From Candidatus Oxydemutatoraceae bacterium (GTDB lineage Bacteria; Pseudomonadota; Gammaproteobacteria; Poriferisulfidales; Oxydemutatoraceae), in NCBI GenBank assembly GCA_965218975.1, contig OZ244717.1, forward strand, positions 1,952,001 to 2,016,000: a DNA stretch of 64,000 nucleotides. The letters run 5' to 3'. Both the position numbers and the translations under genes were made by a program. Shown here piece after piece: positions 9,117 to 20,445 of this stretch (the stretch's first letter is position 1; each line of letters opens with the position of its first letter). Under the pieces are notes generated by a model. That model was not told the DNA's origin, did not search any database, and was given only the letters and a program-made list of their open reading frames with translations.

Positions 9117-10799
9117 ATGGCTGACGCACTTGTCAAAGAAGCTTCACAGCATCCATTTTGGGTGCTGAATCAACGCCAACTACATGATATCGAACTGATT
9201 TTGAATCGCTCTTTTGCGCCTCTGAACAGTTTTATGGGCAAACAGGATTATGACTCCGTTGTCCATAATATGCGGCTTGCGGACGGTACATTATTTCCGA
9301 TTCCGGTTACATTGGATATCCCCCCAAGACTCGCGGAAATTATATCCGTCGGCAAAAAAATCACCTTGCGGGATGCCGAATTATTCAATATCGCAGTTAT
9401 GACTATTACTGACATCTGGGAGCCTGATCTCATGCTCGAAGCAGAAGCCGTCTACCGCACAACCGATGATCAACATCCCGCGGTCAATTATTTATTACAC
9501 GAATCCAACTCGGTTTATATCAGCGGCACGTTACAATCTATCACGCCGATGCGCCACCATAGTTTTCAATATCTACACCATACACCGGCACAAATTAAAG
9601 AAATTTTCAAACAAAAAAACTGGCGCTGTATTGCCGCTTTTCAAACAAGAAACCCACTGCATCGCGCACATCTTGAGTTGACACTACACGTGCTACGCGA
9701 ACATGATGTAAAACTATTGCTGCACCCCGTTACCGGTCCTACCAAACCCGGCGATATCGATTATTACGTACGGGTACGTTGTTATAAGGAAATTATGCGT
9801 CACTATCCGAAAAACTCGGCGATACTGTCTTTGTTACCGCTGGCAATGCGATTGGGCGGCCCGCGCGAAGCATTGTGGCATGGGATTATCCGCAAAAACT
9901 TCGGCTGCAGCCATTTAATTATCGGGCGAGATCATGCGGGACCGGGGCATAATAGCCAAAACCAAGATTTTTACGGTGAATTTGAAGCGCAAGAGTTATT
10001 CGCACAGCATCAAGAAGAAATTGGTATAAAAATGGTGCCCGTTGAGAAATTGGCTTATTCAATGCAAAAAAAAACGTATGTTTTCACGCGGCAGAAATCC
10101 GCAGAAGAAGATACAGCATATATTTCAGGAACAAAGTTGCGCACAATGTTAGCGAATAATGATTCGATACCCGAATGGTTTTCTTTCCCGGAAATAATCG
10201 CGGAATTAAAGAAAGCTTATCTGCCGTTGCACAAACGCGGCTTTACCGTATTTTTTACCGGACTCTCGGGCGCCGGTAAATCGACGATCGCCCACATACT
10301 CGTATCTAAACTTAAGGAACTCGAACATTTTAACGTTACGCTGCTTGACGGTGATATCGCACGCCATCATTTATCCAGCGAATTAGGCTTTTCAAAAGAA
10401 CATCGCTCTATTAATGTTCGACGCATCGGTTATGTAGCAAGTGAGATTACCAAGAGTAACGGCATTGCAGTCTGTGCACTCATTGCACCATACGCAGAAG
10501 ATCGTCTGGCAAACCGCAAATTAATTTCTGAATATGGCGGTTACATCGAAGTTTATGTCAACACGCCTCTGAGCGTATGTGAAGAACGCGATGTGAAAGG
10601 CTTGTACCTGAGCGCACGCGAAAATCTCACCCGGCATTTTACCGGCATTAGCGACATATATGAAGTTCCGGAGAACCCTGAAGTGACAATTGAAACCGAA
10701 AGCACCGCCACTTCAGAAGCGATAGCAATTATCATCAAAAAGATTCAATCTATGGGGTACCTAAAATTCGTCAACGAATCAACGCCGCGAACCTTGTGA
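9117..10799 (+). CDS. sat/cysC: bifunctional sulfate adenylyltransferase / APS kinase
   Basis: AFQTRNPLHRAH, GPREALWH, GRDHAG followed by FTGLSGAGKST, LDGD, RDVKGLY. Confidence 0.93.
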   Translation: MADALVKEASQHPFWVLNQRQLHDIELILNRSFAPLNSFMGKQDYDSVVHNMRLADGTLFPIPVTLDIPPRLAEIISVGKKITLRDAELFNIAVMTITDIWEPDLMLEAEAVYRTTDDQHPAVNYLLHESNSVYISGTLQSITPMRHHSFQYLHHTPAQIKEIFKQKNWRCIAAFQTRNPLHRAHLELTLHVLREHDVKLLLHPVTGPTKPGDIDYYVRVRCYKEIMRHYPKNSAILSLLPLAMRLGGPREALWHGIIRKNFGCSHLIIGRDHAGPGHNSQNQDFYGEFEAQELFAQHQEEIGIKMVPVEKLAYSMQKKTYVFTRQKSAEEDTAYISGTKLRTMLANNDSIPEWFSFPEIIAELKKAYLPLHKRGFTVFFTGLSGAGKSTIAHILVSKLKELEHFNVTLLDGDIARHHLSSELGFSKEHRSINVRRIGYVASEITKSNGIAVCALIAPYAEDRLANRKLISEYGGYIEVYVNTPLSVCEERDVKGLYLSARENLTRHFTGISDIYEVPENPEVTIETESTATSEAIAIIIKKIQSMGYLKFVNESTPRTL

Positions 10800-10860
10800 A
10801 AAAACCACGTCCCCGGTCATTCCGCAAAATCCCTATCGTTTCGTTGTTGGCGACGGGAAG

Positions 10861-11649
10861 TCAAATATCCTTTTTAGCTTGCTCCCACGCCACCTGCATC
10901 TCCCTCATTGTCGCATCTTCGATACTACGTTGGTTTTGCGCAAGCAATTCTTCCATTTTCTCGAAACGCCGCATAAACTTACGGCTGGCGCTACGTAATG
11001 CAAACTCGGCGTTTAACGAAAAATGACGCGCCAAATTAACAACGGTGAATAATAAATCGCCAATTTCTTCTTGAACACAATCATTATCGTTATGCGTTTT
11101 AGCAGCAATTATCGCCTGTTTGATTTCCGCCACCTCTTCGTCAATTTTTTTCAATACAGCTGTGGCGTTCTCCCAATCAAACCCGAAATAAGCGGCACGC
11201 AATTGTAGTTTTTGAGCAAAATGCAGCGCCGGCAAGTTTGTGGTCAAACCGTCCAGCGAACCGACAGATTCTCGAGTCTGTCGTTGTTGCTGTTTATTGT
11301 ATTCCCAATGCCGCTTTCCGGCTCGATCAGCTTCATGCGTTCGCTCTTGACGCAAATGCGGATGACGCTGATTCAATTTCTTGCGAATACTTGAGACGAC
11401 ATCATTGAAGTTAAATAAGCGGTCTTCGGAAGCGATTTGCGCATAGAAAATAACTTGCAGCAGTAAATCCCCCAACTCATCTTGTAACGCGACGTAGTCA
11501 TTGCGCTCAATTGCGTCCAATACTTCGTATGCTTCTTCTAACGTGTAAGGCGCAATGCTTGCAAAGCTTTGCCGGCAATCCCATCGGCATCCGTTTGCCG
11601 GGTCGCGCAAATATGCCATTGTATTTAGTAATTCGGTTAACTCCCGCAT
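10861..11649 (-). CDS. mazG: nucleoside triphosphate pyrophosphohydrolase
   Basis: LRDP-GC-WD, EEAYEV, ELGDLLLQ, EEIGDLLF. Confidence 0.95.
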   Translation of the reverse strand: MRELTELLNTMAYLRDPANGCRWDCRQSFASIAPYTLEEAYEVLDAIERNDYVALQDELGDLLLQVIFYAQIASEDRLFNFNDVVSSIRKKLNQRHPHLRQERTHEADRAGKRHWEYNKQQQRQTRESVGSLDGLTTNLPALHFAQKLQLRAAYFGFDWENATAVLKKIDEEVAEIKQAIIAAKTHNDNDCVQEEIGDLLFTVVNLARHFSLNAEFALRSASRKFMRRFEKMEELLAQNQRSIEDATMREMQVAWEQAKKDI

Positions 11650-11663
11650 AAAACGTTACTCGC

Positions 11664-14264
11664 TTAACCGGCAGAACCGGAAACAGCTTGCTTGAAAACC
11701 AACTCTCCTTCGGCAACATCGGCATGAATCGTGCTACCACCAATAAAATCTCCTTGTAGCAATCGCCTCGATAGCGGATTTTCGAGCATTTGCTGTAAAG
11801 TACGTTTCAAAGGACGCGCCCCGTATAACGAATCAAATCCCCGTTCGGTTAACAGATCCGTCGCTTGACCCGAAACCTGTAGCGAGAGATCATGCTCGGC
11901 AAGGCGCTGATTTAACGCACGCATTTGAATCCGGCAAATCTGTCTTAACTCTTCCTTGCGTAGCGGATAAAAAATCAATGTTTCATCAATGCGGTTAATA
12001 AACTCCGGACGAAAACTTCCACGTACAACTTCCATGACTGCCGTCTTGATTTGATCGTGCGAATTTGTGTCAGCCATTTCACGAATTAATTCATTGCCGA
12101 GATTAGAGGTCATCATAATGACACTATTGCGGAAATCAACCGTCCTACCCTGTCCATCAGTCAAACGTCCGTCATCTAAAATTTGTAACAGGATATTGAA
12201 TACTTCCGAATGCGCTTTTTCAATTTCGTCAAGCAATACAACGGAATACGGTTTACGGCGAACAATTTCAGTCAAATATCCTCCTTCTTCGTATCCGACA
12301 TAGCCGGGCGGTGCGCCTATTAGCCGCGCGACCGAATGTTTCTCCATAAATTCCGACATATCCACTCTCACCATCGCCGCTTCAGTATCAAATAAAAATT
12401 CCGCAAGCGCTTTACATAACTCGGTTTTACCGACACCGGTCGGGCCTAACAACAGAAACGAACCGTTCGGACGATTCGGGTCCGACAGTCCGGCACGCGC
12501 ACGACGAATCGCATCGGAGATAGTGGCAATCGGCCGTTTCTGACCAATCACACGTTTACCGATTTCCTCTTCCATTCTAAGTAGCTTTTTACGCTCACTC
12601 TCTAACATCTTATCCATCGGTATTCCAGTCCATCGCGACACCACTTCGGCGACCTCTTGTCCGGTAACGCGGCTACGACATAAAGTCGCTTCTTGGTTCC
12701 GTACTTCCTTACCGGCGCTTTCGGCAATTTGTTTTTCTAACTCCGGAATTGTGCCATACTGCAGTTCGGACATACGATTTAAGTCGTTTGCGCGTCGTGC
12801 AGTTTCCATCTCAATTCGCGCCTGCTCCAAGCGTTCTTTCAAGCTGGCAGTGCCTTGAATCACCGCTTTTTCGGCTTTCCATATCTCATCCAGGTTTGCA
12901 TACTCGCGCTCAATTTCAGTAATTTCTTGTTGTAAATCTTCACGTCGCTTATTTGATGCTTCATCCACTTCTTTTTTCAGCGCTTCCAGCTCGATCTTCA
13001 ATTGGATCAATCGTCGCTCCAATTTATCCATCTGTTCGGGCTTTGAATCCATTTCCATACGAATGCGTGCCGCCGCCTCATCAATCAAATCAATCGCTTT
13101 GTCGGGCAATTGTCGGTCGGTGATATAACGGTAAGATAACTGTGCCGCCGAAACGATCGCCGGGTCGGTAATTTCAACTCCGTGATGCACTTCGTAACGC
13201 TCTTTTAAGCCGCGTAAAATCGCAATCGTTGCTTCAAGCGTCGGTTCATCTACTAAGATTTTCTGAAACCGGCGTTCCAAAGCGGCATCTTTTTCTATGT
13301 GGCGACGATACTCGTCCAATGTAGTTGCCCCTAGGCAATGCAATTCTCCGCGTGCCAAAGCAGGCTTGAGCATATTGCCCGCATCCATGGCACCTTCCCC
13401 CTTACCGGCACCGACCACCGTATGAATTTCATCAATGAATAAGATTATATTTCCCGCTTGCCGAGAAATTTCCTGCAAAACGGATTTTAATCGCTCTTCA
13501 AACTCGCCGCGATACTTCGCTCCGGCAATCAGCATTCCCATATCTAGCAACAACAGACGTTTGCCAATCAATCCTTCGGGTACTTCGCGGTTGACGATTC
13601 TTTGGGCAAGCCCCTCAACAATGGCAGTTTTACCGACTCCCGGCTCACCGATTAATACCGGATTGTTCTTGGTGCGCCTTTGTAGAACCTGTATCACTCG
13701 ACGCACTTCGTCGTCGCGTCCGATGACAGGGTCCAATCGGCCTTGTTCGGCGCACTCTGTTAAATCCAACGTATATTTCTCTAATGCTTGATGCTGATCT
13801 TCAACGTTGCCGGAATCGACGGTTCTACCTCCACGTACTTCATCAACAAGATCATTAAGCATCGCTTCATTCAAACCAATGTCTTTGAGCAATTTTGCGG
13901 CGGATACATCGCTCTTCAGCACCGCCAATAAAAACAAGTCGGAGGATACGTATGAGTCCTTGCGCTCCTGCGACAATCGATCACAAATATTCAAAACCTT
14001 GCTCAAATCGGGAGACAAATGCACTTCTCCTTCAGCGCCCTCCACTCGCGGAATATGTTGCAACGCTTCATCAATCCGACCGTTCAATTGCCGAAGATCA
14101 ATTTCCGCCTTGCGCAACAAACTGCTTACCGTACCAGCTGCATCCGAAACGAATGCGGATAATACATGCAGCGGCTCAACATACTGATGATGCCGACCGA
14201 TTGCAATCGAGTGGGCATCATTGATTGCATCAATAAACTTTTTAGTTAACTTTTCAAGTCTCAC
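11664..14264 (-). CDS. clpB: chaperone ClpB
   Basis: Two AAA+ modules ([16 protein letters not shown]) with coiled-coil middle domain. Confidence 0.97.
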   Translation of the reverse strand: MRLEKLTKKFIDAINDAHSIAIGRHHQYVEPLHVLSAFVSDAAGTVSSLLRKAEIDLRQLNGRIDEALQHIPRVEGAEGEVHLSPDLSKVLNICDRLSQERKDSYVSSDLFLLAVLKSDVSAAKLLKDIGLNEAMLNDLVDEVRGGRTVDSGNVEDQHQALEKYTLDLTECAEQGRLDPVIGRDDEVRRVIQVLQRRTKNNPVLIGEPGVGKTAIVEGLAQRIVNREVPEGLIGKRLLLLDMGMLIAGAKYRGEFEERLKSVLQEISRQAGNIILFIDEIHTVVGAGKGEGAMDAGNMLKPALARGELHCLGATTLDEYRRHIEKDAALERRFQKILVDEPTLEATIAILRGLKERYEVHHGVEITDPAIVSAAQLSYRYITDRQLPDKAIDLIDEAAARIRMEMDSKPEQMDKLERRLIQLKIELEALKKEVDEASNKRREDLQQEITEIEREYANLDEIWKAEKAVIQGTASLKERLEQARIEMETARRANDLNRMSELQYGTIPELEKQIAESAGKEVRNQEATLCRSRVTGQEVAEVVSRWTGIPMDKMLESERKKLLRMEEEIGKRVIGQKRPIATISDAIRRARAGLSDPNRPNGSFLLLGPTGVGKTELCKALAEFLFDTEAAMVRVDMSEFMEKHSVARLIGAPPGYVGYEEGGYLTEIVRRKPYSVVLLDEIEKAHSEVFNILLQILDDGRLTDGQGRTVDFRNSVIMMTSNLGNELIREMADTNSHDQIKTAVMEVVRGSFRPEFINRIDETLIFYPLRKEELRQICRIQMRALNQRLAEHDLSLQVSGQATDLLTERGFDSLYGARPLKRTLQQMLENPLSRRLLQGDFIGGSTIHADVAEGELVFKQAVSGSAG

Positions 14265-14362
14265 CAGCAGGTATCCCCTCGCAATGGTTTGTTTACTATA
14301 GTGTTTGGAAATTCATAAAAATTTAGGGCCACTCTTCATATATAAGGGAACATCCACGTTTT

Positions 14363-15109
14363 TCAATATGTCCCGCGACTCAACCAAATTAAATTTGCCA
14401 TTCGTCCTGTTGTACCGTCACGACGAAAAGAATAGAAACGACGTTGATCGGTATACGTACAATAAAAACTACCGGATACTCGCATTACACCACAACGATG
14501 CAGCTCGGTGTGCGCAATTTGGCATAAATCAACAGCCCAAGTGCCATTATGATCAGGTAAAAAAGCCAACAGATGATCTTTATTTTGTTGTAGAAATGCG
14601 GTGCGCACCGCATCATCAACGCTATAGCTGTGTGCGCCTATGCACGGTCCGATCCATGCCGCGAGCTGCGCCGGGTCGCATTTTAACGCTTGAACAGTCG
14701 CTTGAATAATCCCGCTGACCAGACCACGCCAACCCGCATGAGCAATGCTGACCCGATCACCTTCACAATTACAAAAAAATATCGGCAAACAATCGGCAGT
14801 TAAAACAACGCATACTTTATCCGGTACAAAACACACTGCCGCATCGGCACGTAAATCGGATGACTCGGATATGTCAATCACGCGATTGCCATGGACTTGT
14901 TCCAACCAAACCGGCGTGTCGGGAAGCGACAGAGCCGCCTTTAACCGATTTCGATTAGCGATGACATTTGCCGGCACATCACCGACACGAACGGAAAGAT
15001 TACAGCTTTGATAATCTCCCTGACTGAAACCGCCAAGACGCGTCGTCGTGCATGCTTTAATTTGTGCAGGCACTTTCCAGTCCGGGAAAATAAATTGCAC
15101 GGAACTCAT
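14363..15109 (-). CDS. pgeF: peptidoglycan editing factor / purine nucleoside phosphorylase YfiH
   Basis: QVHG, TADCLP, HAGWRG, FYSFRR-TGRM. Confidence 0.93.
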   Translation of the reverse strand: MSSVQFIFPDWKVPAQIKACTTTRLGGFSQGDYQSCNLSVRVGDVPANVIANRNRLKAALSLPDTPVWLEQVHGNRVIDISESSDLRADAAVCFVPDKVCVVLTADCLPIFFCNCEGDRVSIAHAGWRGLVSGIIQATVQALKCDPAQLAAWIGPCIGAHSYSVDDAVRTAFLQQNKDHLLAFLPDHNGTWAVDLCQIAHTELHRCGVMRVSGSFYCTYTDQRRFYSFRRDGTTGRMANLIWLSRGTY

Positions 15110-16059
15110 CTGCCGATAACAGCAAGCGCATCAAGCACGGCTTGCATATCTTGGGGAAGCGCACTATGCCACATACAGGGTTGTCTCGTTGTCGGATGCA
15201 GCAACTCAAGTTCACATGCATGTAATGCTTGTCGATTAAAATCCTTTAATATAGTCGCAGATGATTTAGTTCCGGTACGGGACGGCTTCCGTTTACCATA
15301 AACCGGATCACCAAACACCGGATGACGAATAAACGCCATGTGCACACGTACCTGATGAGTGCGGCCGGTCTCAAGACGGACTCGCAGCAAAGTGTAACCT
15401 TTAAATCCAGCGACTACGCGATAATGCGTGATCGCTGTTCGACCATGGGACACAACTGCCATTCGCTTACGATCTTTCGGATGGCGGCCTATATTAGTTT
15501 CTATTCGATCGTCGGCAATCACTTCCCCATGCACTAAACAAAGATATTCTCGACGTATTTGACGCATCTGCATTCGGCGAACTAAATATTGATGCGCAGT
15601 ACGCGTTTTGGCGACCACCAATAATCCCGTCGTATCCTTATCCAAACGATGCACAATACCCGCTCTCGGTAACTGACTGAGTTCCGGACAATGATAAATC
15701 AACGCATGGACCAATGTGTCTTTACTATGACCAATAGCAGGATGTACCACTTGTCCCGCCGCCTTGTCGATAACCAACAAATCGTCATCTTCATGTATAA
15801 CATGGATCAGTTGCGCCGGCGCACTCCATTCATCATTAGTGTCAGACGCATCTTTCCGAATAGTAAAAACGATACGCTCACCGCCCATAACCTTATCCCG
15901 GGGACGCGGGATTTTCTCGTTAATGACAATCCATCCCCGCCGAATAGATTCTTGAAGAAAAGAACGGGAAAAATTAGTGAATAAATCTGCAAGCGCTCTA
16001 TCCGTCCGCTTGCCGACATGTTCCTGAGTGAAAGTGGCCTGCAAAATTTCTGCTTTCAT
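15106..16059 (-). CDS. rluD: 23S rRNA pseudouridine synthase
   Basis: S4 domain, GIVHRLDKDTTG, LETGRTHQVRVH. Confidence 0.95.
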   Translation of the reverse strand: MKAEILQATFTQEHVGKRTDRALADLFTNFSRSFLQESIRRGWIVINEKIPRPRDKVMGGERIVFTIRKDASDTNDEWSAPAQLIHVIHEDDDLLVIDKAAGQVVHPAIGHSKDTLVHALIYHCPELSQLPRAGIVHRLDKDTTGLLVVAKTRTAHQYLVRRMQMRQIRREYLCLVHGEVIADDRIETNIGRHPKDRKRMAVVSHGRTAITHYRVVAGFKGYTLLRVRLETGRTHQVRVHMAFIRHPVFGDPVYGKRKPSRTGTKSSATILKDFNRQALHACELELLHPTTRQPCMWHSALPQDMQAVLDALAVIGR

Positions 16060-16172
16060 GCGCTACTTAGTCCGGTCTTTTGATTCAAGCCAATCAATTA
16101 TATTCCAACCATTGAACGGCATATAAATTGATTAAACTGCATACCGACGACCAAGTATAATAGGCTTGTCCA

Positions 16173-17045
16173 ATGCCACATTCGATACGTCAAAATTTTA
16201 GTACATTATTACTCGGATATACGCTAATCGCTCTGCCGACGGGGTGCAGTTTCCTGGAAAGCAACGAAGAAAAAAGTGAACAGCGAGCCGAAGATTTGTT
16301 TATCGCCGCAGACAATGCGATGCGCCAAGGTCGTCGACAACAAGCGATGGAGAATTTCGAAACACTTGAAGCAACATATCCTTTTAGTCCGCACGCACAA
16401 CAAGTAACATTGGCCCTCGCTTATCTCTATTATAAAAGTTACAGATATACGGAAGCTGAAGCAGCGCTGGAAAAGTTTATCCGCTTAAATCCCAAAAACC
16501 TCAACTTAGATTACGCCTACTATCTCAAGGGGCTTACACATTATAACCACGCAAAAGATACTATTAACATCATCATTAAACGAGATCGCAGCAGTAAGGA
16601 TCCGACTTTTATGATTAAGGCTTTTAATGCTTTCAAATTATTGCTGGAGCAATATCCGCAAAGCAAATATGCGCAAAGTGCGCATGCTTATATTATCGTA
16701 CTGCGCAATATTCTCGCAGTTTATGAAGTTCGTATCGCGGATTTTTATATGCGCCGCGGCGCGTATGTCGCCGTGGTGAATCGTTGCAAGTATGCCCTTG
16801 AGCATTATCCGGGAGCACAGCATACCCCACAGATAATCACATTGTTAGCGGAAGCGTATCGTCAATTGGGTCTGGAAAGTTTATCGGTAGACGCCTTGGA
16901 AGTACTTGCCTTAAATTATCCTGAGTATTATCAGACAAAAATTGTCGGGGAAGTCACCGCAGCGGACAAAAGGAATTGGTTTGAAAATTTACAAGACCTT
17001 GCCGACACCATTGCCGAAAAACTAAAAATTAAGCCGCGCTATTAA
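16173..17045 (+). CDS. bamD: outer membrane assembly lipoprotein BamD
   Basis: Lipobox-like PTGC, YPFS, DYAYYLKGL, AYVAVVNR; divergent from rluD. Confidence 0.92.
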   Translation: MPHSIRQNFSTLLLGYTLIALPTGCSFLESNEEKSEQRAEDLFIAADNAMRQGRRQQAMENFETLEATYPFSPHAQQVTLALAYLYYKSYRYTEAEAALEKFIRLNPKNLNLDYAYYLKGLTHYNHAKDTINIIIKRDRSSKDPTFMIKAFNAFKLLLEQYPQSKYAQSAHAYIIVLRNILAVYEVRIADFYMRRGAYVAVVNRCKYALEHYPGAQHTPQIITLLAEAYRQLGLESLSVDALEVLALNYPEYYQTKIVGEVTAADKRNWFENLQDLADTIAEKLKIKPRY

Positions 17046-18670
17046 TCTCGATACCCCGAAGAAATCGGGTAGCGCCAGTCCTTGCCGAAAGCGCTGCGAG
17101 TAATCTTAGTCCCGACCGGCGCCTGGCGACGTTTATACTCATAACGCATTACCATACGTTTAACTTCTTCAACCGCCGCCGGATCAAACCCTTGATCAAG
17201 TATCTCTTTACTTGAAGCATTCATTTCAATAAATTGCTGCAAGATCGCATCCAATTCTTCATACGGCAACAAGCGATCTTGATCAATCTGTCCCGGCGCA
17301 AGTTCGGCGCTGGGAGGGCGATGCAAAATTCTTTCGGGAATACGCATATCATTGCGATTGCAAAACCGAGCAAGACGATAAACTAATGTTTTAACAACGT
17401 CTTTCAACGGAGCAAATGCGCCGGCCATATCACCATACAAAGTGGCATAACCAACTGCCATCTCGCTCTTATTCCCGGTTGCGAGCAAAGCAAGTTTTAA
17501 TTTATTTGAAATCGCCATCAACAACAAACCGCGGATACGGGCCTGAATATTTTCTTCGGTCACATCGGTTCCGGCGCCGACAAACACAGGCGCCAATTGC
17601 TTAAGAAAAAGATCAAAAATTTCGTCAATTGAAATTTCATGCAACCGCACTCCACAACGGCCTGCAAGTGTGCGTGCATCCTCAATACTTGCCGCTGATG
17701 TATAACGCGACGGCATCATTACCGCCGCAACATTTTCCGCACCTAACGCTTCCACCGCAAGCAATAGAGTCACCGCAGAATCAATCCCGCCGGATAAACC
17801 AACCACCGCTCCGGAAAATCCGTTCTTCTCAAGGTAGTCTTTTACCCCCACCCATAACGCTCGCCAGATTAACTCGTCGGACTCCAACGGAACTGCCGGA
17901 ATGTCGTCGCACTGTAAACGAATACCCGGTTCTTCCTTAGCGATTCGGCAACTATAAATCCCCGCTTCAAACTCCGGTGCGACAAACAGAATTTCACCAT
18001 TGGCGTCAATAATAGCGGAAGCGCCGTCAAATACCAACTCATCTTGACCACCCAACTGATTGATATATATGATCGGGAGGCCGGCCTCATGGACACGTTG
18101 ACGTAAAACTTCCATGCGTTGCTGCCGTTTACCAATGTGAAAAGGCGAAGCATTGATATTAATGACGATATCGACACCGGCAGCACGTAATGCACGAATC
18201 GGCTGCGGTTCCCAAATATCTTCGCAAATGGTAATCCCAATCCTTAAATCCTCAAATTGAATCACGCAAGGTCGATGACCTTGATTGAAGTAACGGGCCT
18301 CGTCAAATACCGCATAATTAGGTAGTAGCATCTTATAGTATTCATCTGCCAATTTCCCTTTTTCAAAATATAAAGCTGCATTGTATAGCTTGCCGTCGCT
18401 TTGCCGCGGTGCGCCTGCAATAATTGCAATGTCGCGAGAAGCATTCGCTAATTCAGAAATTCCGCGCCCGGTTGCATCAAGAAAATCTTTGCGGTGCAGC
18501 AAATCTTCCGGCGGATAACCGGTTACGGATAATTCGGAAAAAATAATCAATTGAGCGGATTTCTCGCGTCGCGCCTGCTGTGCCGCAGAAATCATCTTGG
18601 CGACATTGTCGGCAATATTTCCGACGCTAAGATTCAGTTGGGCAAATGCGACACAGATAGGCTGGCTCAT
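17042..18670 (-). CDS. nadE: glutamine-dependent NAD+ synthetase
   Basis: Nitrilase domain (GYPPEDL, ICEDIW) plus GLSGGIDS, ENIQAR, TGNKSE. Confidence 0.95.
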   Translation of the reverse strand: MSQPICVAFAQLNLSVGNIADNVAKMISAAQQARREKSAQLIIFSELSVTGYPPEDLLHRKDFLDATGRGISELANASRDIAIIAGAPRQSDGKLYNAALYFEKGKLADEYYKMLLPNYAVFDEARYFNQGHRPCVIQFEDLRIGITICEDIWEPQPIRALRAAGVDIVININASPFHIGKRQQRMEVLRQRVHEAGLPIIYINQLGGQDELVFDGASAIIDANGEILFVAPEFEAGIYSCRIAKEEPGIRLQCDDIPAVPLESDELIWRALWVGVKDYLEKNGFSGAVVGLSGGIDSAVTLLLAVEALGAENVAAVMMPSRYTSAASIEDARTLAGRCGVRLHEISIDEIFDLFLKQLAPVFVGAGTDVTEENIQARIRGLLLMAISNKLKLALLATGNKSEMAVGYATLYGDMAGAFAPLKDVVKTLVYRLARFCNRNDMRIPERILHRPPSAELAPGQIDQDRLLPYEELDAILQQFIEMNASSKEILDQGFDPAAVEEVKRMVMRYEYKRRQAPVGTKITRSAFGKDWRYPISSGYRD

Positions 18671-18779
18671 AAATATTTTTATTTGCTTATCATGAATTTG
18701 ATACCGTTCATCTGTTGCTTAGAGTATAGGTGGTAAAAATATTTTATGCTATGGATGTTTTAATCACAAATACAGAACA

Positions 18780-19229
18780 GTGACCTTTATAAGATATGCC
18801 CGGCTTGGCGGATTTAGCCTTTTGGAACTGATGATTAGCATTACCATCGTTGGTATTCTAGCGGCGATCGCTATCCCTAACTATCAAGACTATACGATAC
18901 GTGCAAAAGTCAGTGAAGCCTTAAACCTGACCGGCGCAATGAAACTTGCGGTTTCCGAGTATTACATCGCCAACGGAAACTTGCCAGCAGATGCAACGCA
19001 AGCCGGCATTGATAATATAAGCACTGATTATGTTGCCAGCACCGCTTATACTGGCAATGATACCACAGGAGATATTATTATCACCTTAGGTGAAGATATT
19101 AATCCCGCCGTCAACGGAAAAAAAATGATGCTAAGAGTAACCGTTGTCAACGGGTTTTTAGACTGGGACTGCAAATCAGCCGATGAAGACGGTCTGGCTG
19201 CAAAATTTCTTCCGGCGAGTTGCCGATAA
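18780..19229 (+). CDS. pilA: type IVa major pilin
   Basis: G|FSLLELMI...AIAIPNYQDY, C-terminal Cys pair (C..PASC). Confidence 0.93.
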   Translation: MTFIRYARLGGFSLLELMISITIVGILAAIAIPNYQDYTIRAKVSEALNLTGAMKLAVSEYYIANGNLPADATQAGIDNISTDYVASTAYTGNDTTGDIIITLGEDINPAVNGKKMMLRVTVVNGFLDWDCKSADEDGLAAKFLPASCR

Positions 19230-19233
19230 CACC

Positions 19234-20415
19234 ATGGCGACCTTATTTGAGTGGGAAGGTGTCCAAAACAATTCCCGAATACGTGGAAAATGTTTTGCCG
19301 AGAGTATGACCGACTTGGCAAATCAACTAGGTGAACGGAAAATTCTCCTGTGTTCAGCGCGTCGACGTATCACAAAACATAAGCTATCCAATAAGCAAGC
19401 CAACTTTGTGTTGGAACAATTGTTCGCACTGTTACGTGCGGGAATTCCAATACTCAAAACACTGGAAATCATAACAAGTAACGAAAAGTCGCCCCGTTTA
19501 GTCAATGCTTTGGAGCAAATTAAACAAGAAATTTCAGCCGGCAGTAAACTGTCCGACGCCATCGCAATGCAATTACCGGACAGAGAAAAAACGACCGCCA
19601 AAATTTTAGCGTTGGGAGAACACAATGGTTGTTTAATTATAACGATGGAACGTCTGTTAAAACAGAAACAGAAAGAGAGGGAAATTCGTGATCAATTTGT
19701 ACAGGCGACGATTTATCCGCTGTTCCTCGGCATCGTATCCTTCAGTGTCATGTTGCTGTTGACGGTTTGGGTCGTTCCGGAATTTAAGCAAACCTATTCC
19801 GGAATGGGTGCGGAATTACCTTTTTACACCCGCGTAACAATCGCTATTTCAGAAATAATTGTGGAGCGATGGCTATTCGTCGTGACTATCATCGGCATGG
19901 CAATTATGATAATTATGGCGCTATTACGCTATTCCAAATCGGCAAAGTGGTTCCTTTCACGGCTGCAGCTTCAACTACCAATCCTAGGCAGCTTGCTAAG
20001 CAGCTACTTCTGCCATCACTTTGCCAGTAATATGCGCACCGCGTACCAATCCGGTATGCCACTCAGCGATTCATTAGCATGGCTGCCCCAGACAAGTGCG
20101 CATCCCGGATATCGTGCTGCCTTAAAATCAATACAAGCTGACACACATCGCGGTGTCAGCTTACACCAAGCGATTAAAAATAGCGCTTTTTTCCCTACGA
20201 TTGTCGAACAATTTATCAGTATCGGCGAACATAGCGGTTCATTGGATGATGCATTGAAGCGTATTGAGCAACATTTTGCCGAACGTCTCGAAATTACGAC
20301 CAAACACTTCTTGAAAATATTTGAACCCGCAATGATTACCTTGATCGCATTATGTGTGGGATGGATTGTGATTACAATGTACTTACCCATATTTAATTTA
20401 GGCTACGTCTTATAA
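19234..20415 (+). CDS. pilC: type IV pilus platform protein (T2SS F family)
   Basis: Two T2SSF repeats (AGIPIL, GE-SG-LD, EP, MYLPIF); ATG at 19234. Confidence 0.88.
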   Translation: MATLFEWEGVQNNSRIRGKCFAESMTDLANQLGERKILLCSARRRITKHKLSNKQANFVLEQLFALLRAGIPILKTLEIITSNEKSPRLVNALEQIKQEISAGSKLSDAIAMQLPDREKTTAKILALGEHNGCLIITMERLLKQKQKEREIRDQFVQATIYPLFLGIVSFSVMLLLTVWVVPEFKQTYSGMGAELPFYTRVTIAISEIIVERWLFVVTIIGMAIMIIMALLRYSKSAKWFLSRLQLQLPILGSLLSSYFCHHFASNMRTAYQSGMPLSDSLAWLPQTSAHPGYRAALKSIQADTHRGVSLHQAIKNSAFFPTIVEQFISIGEHSGSLDDALKRIEQHFAERLEITTKHFLKIFEPAMITLIALCVGWIVITMYLPIFNLGYVL

Positions 20416-20445
20416 TAATCAAGCGCTAGAAATATTTGTTTTCGA

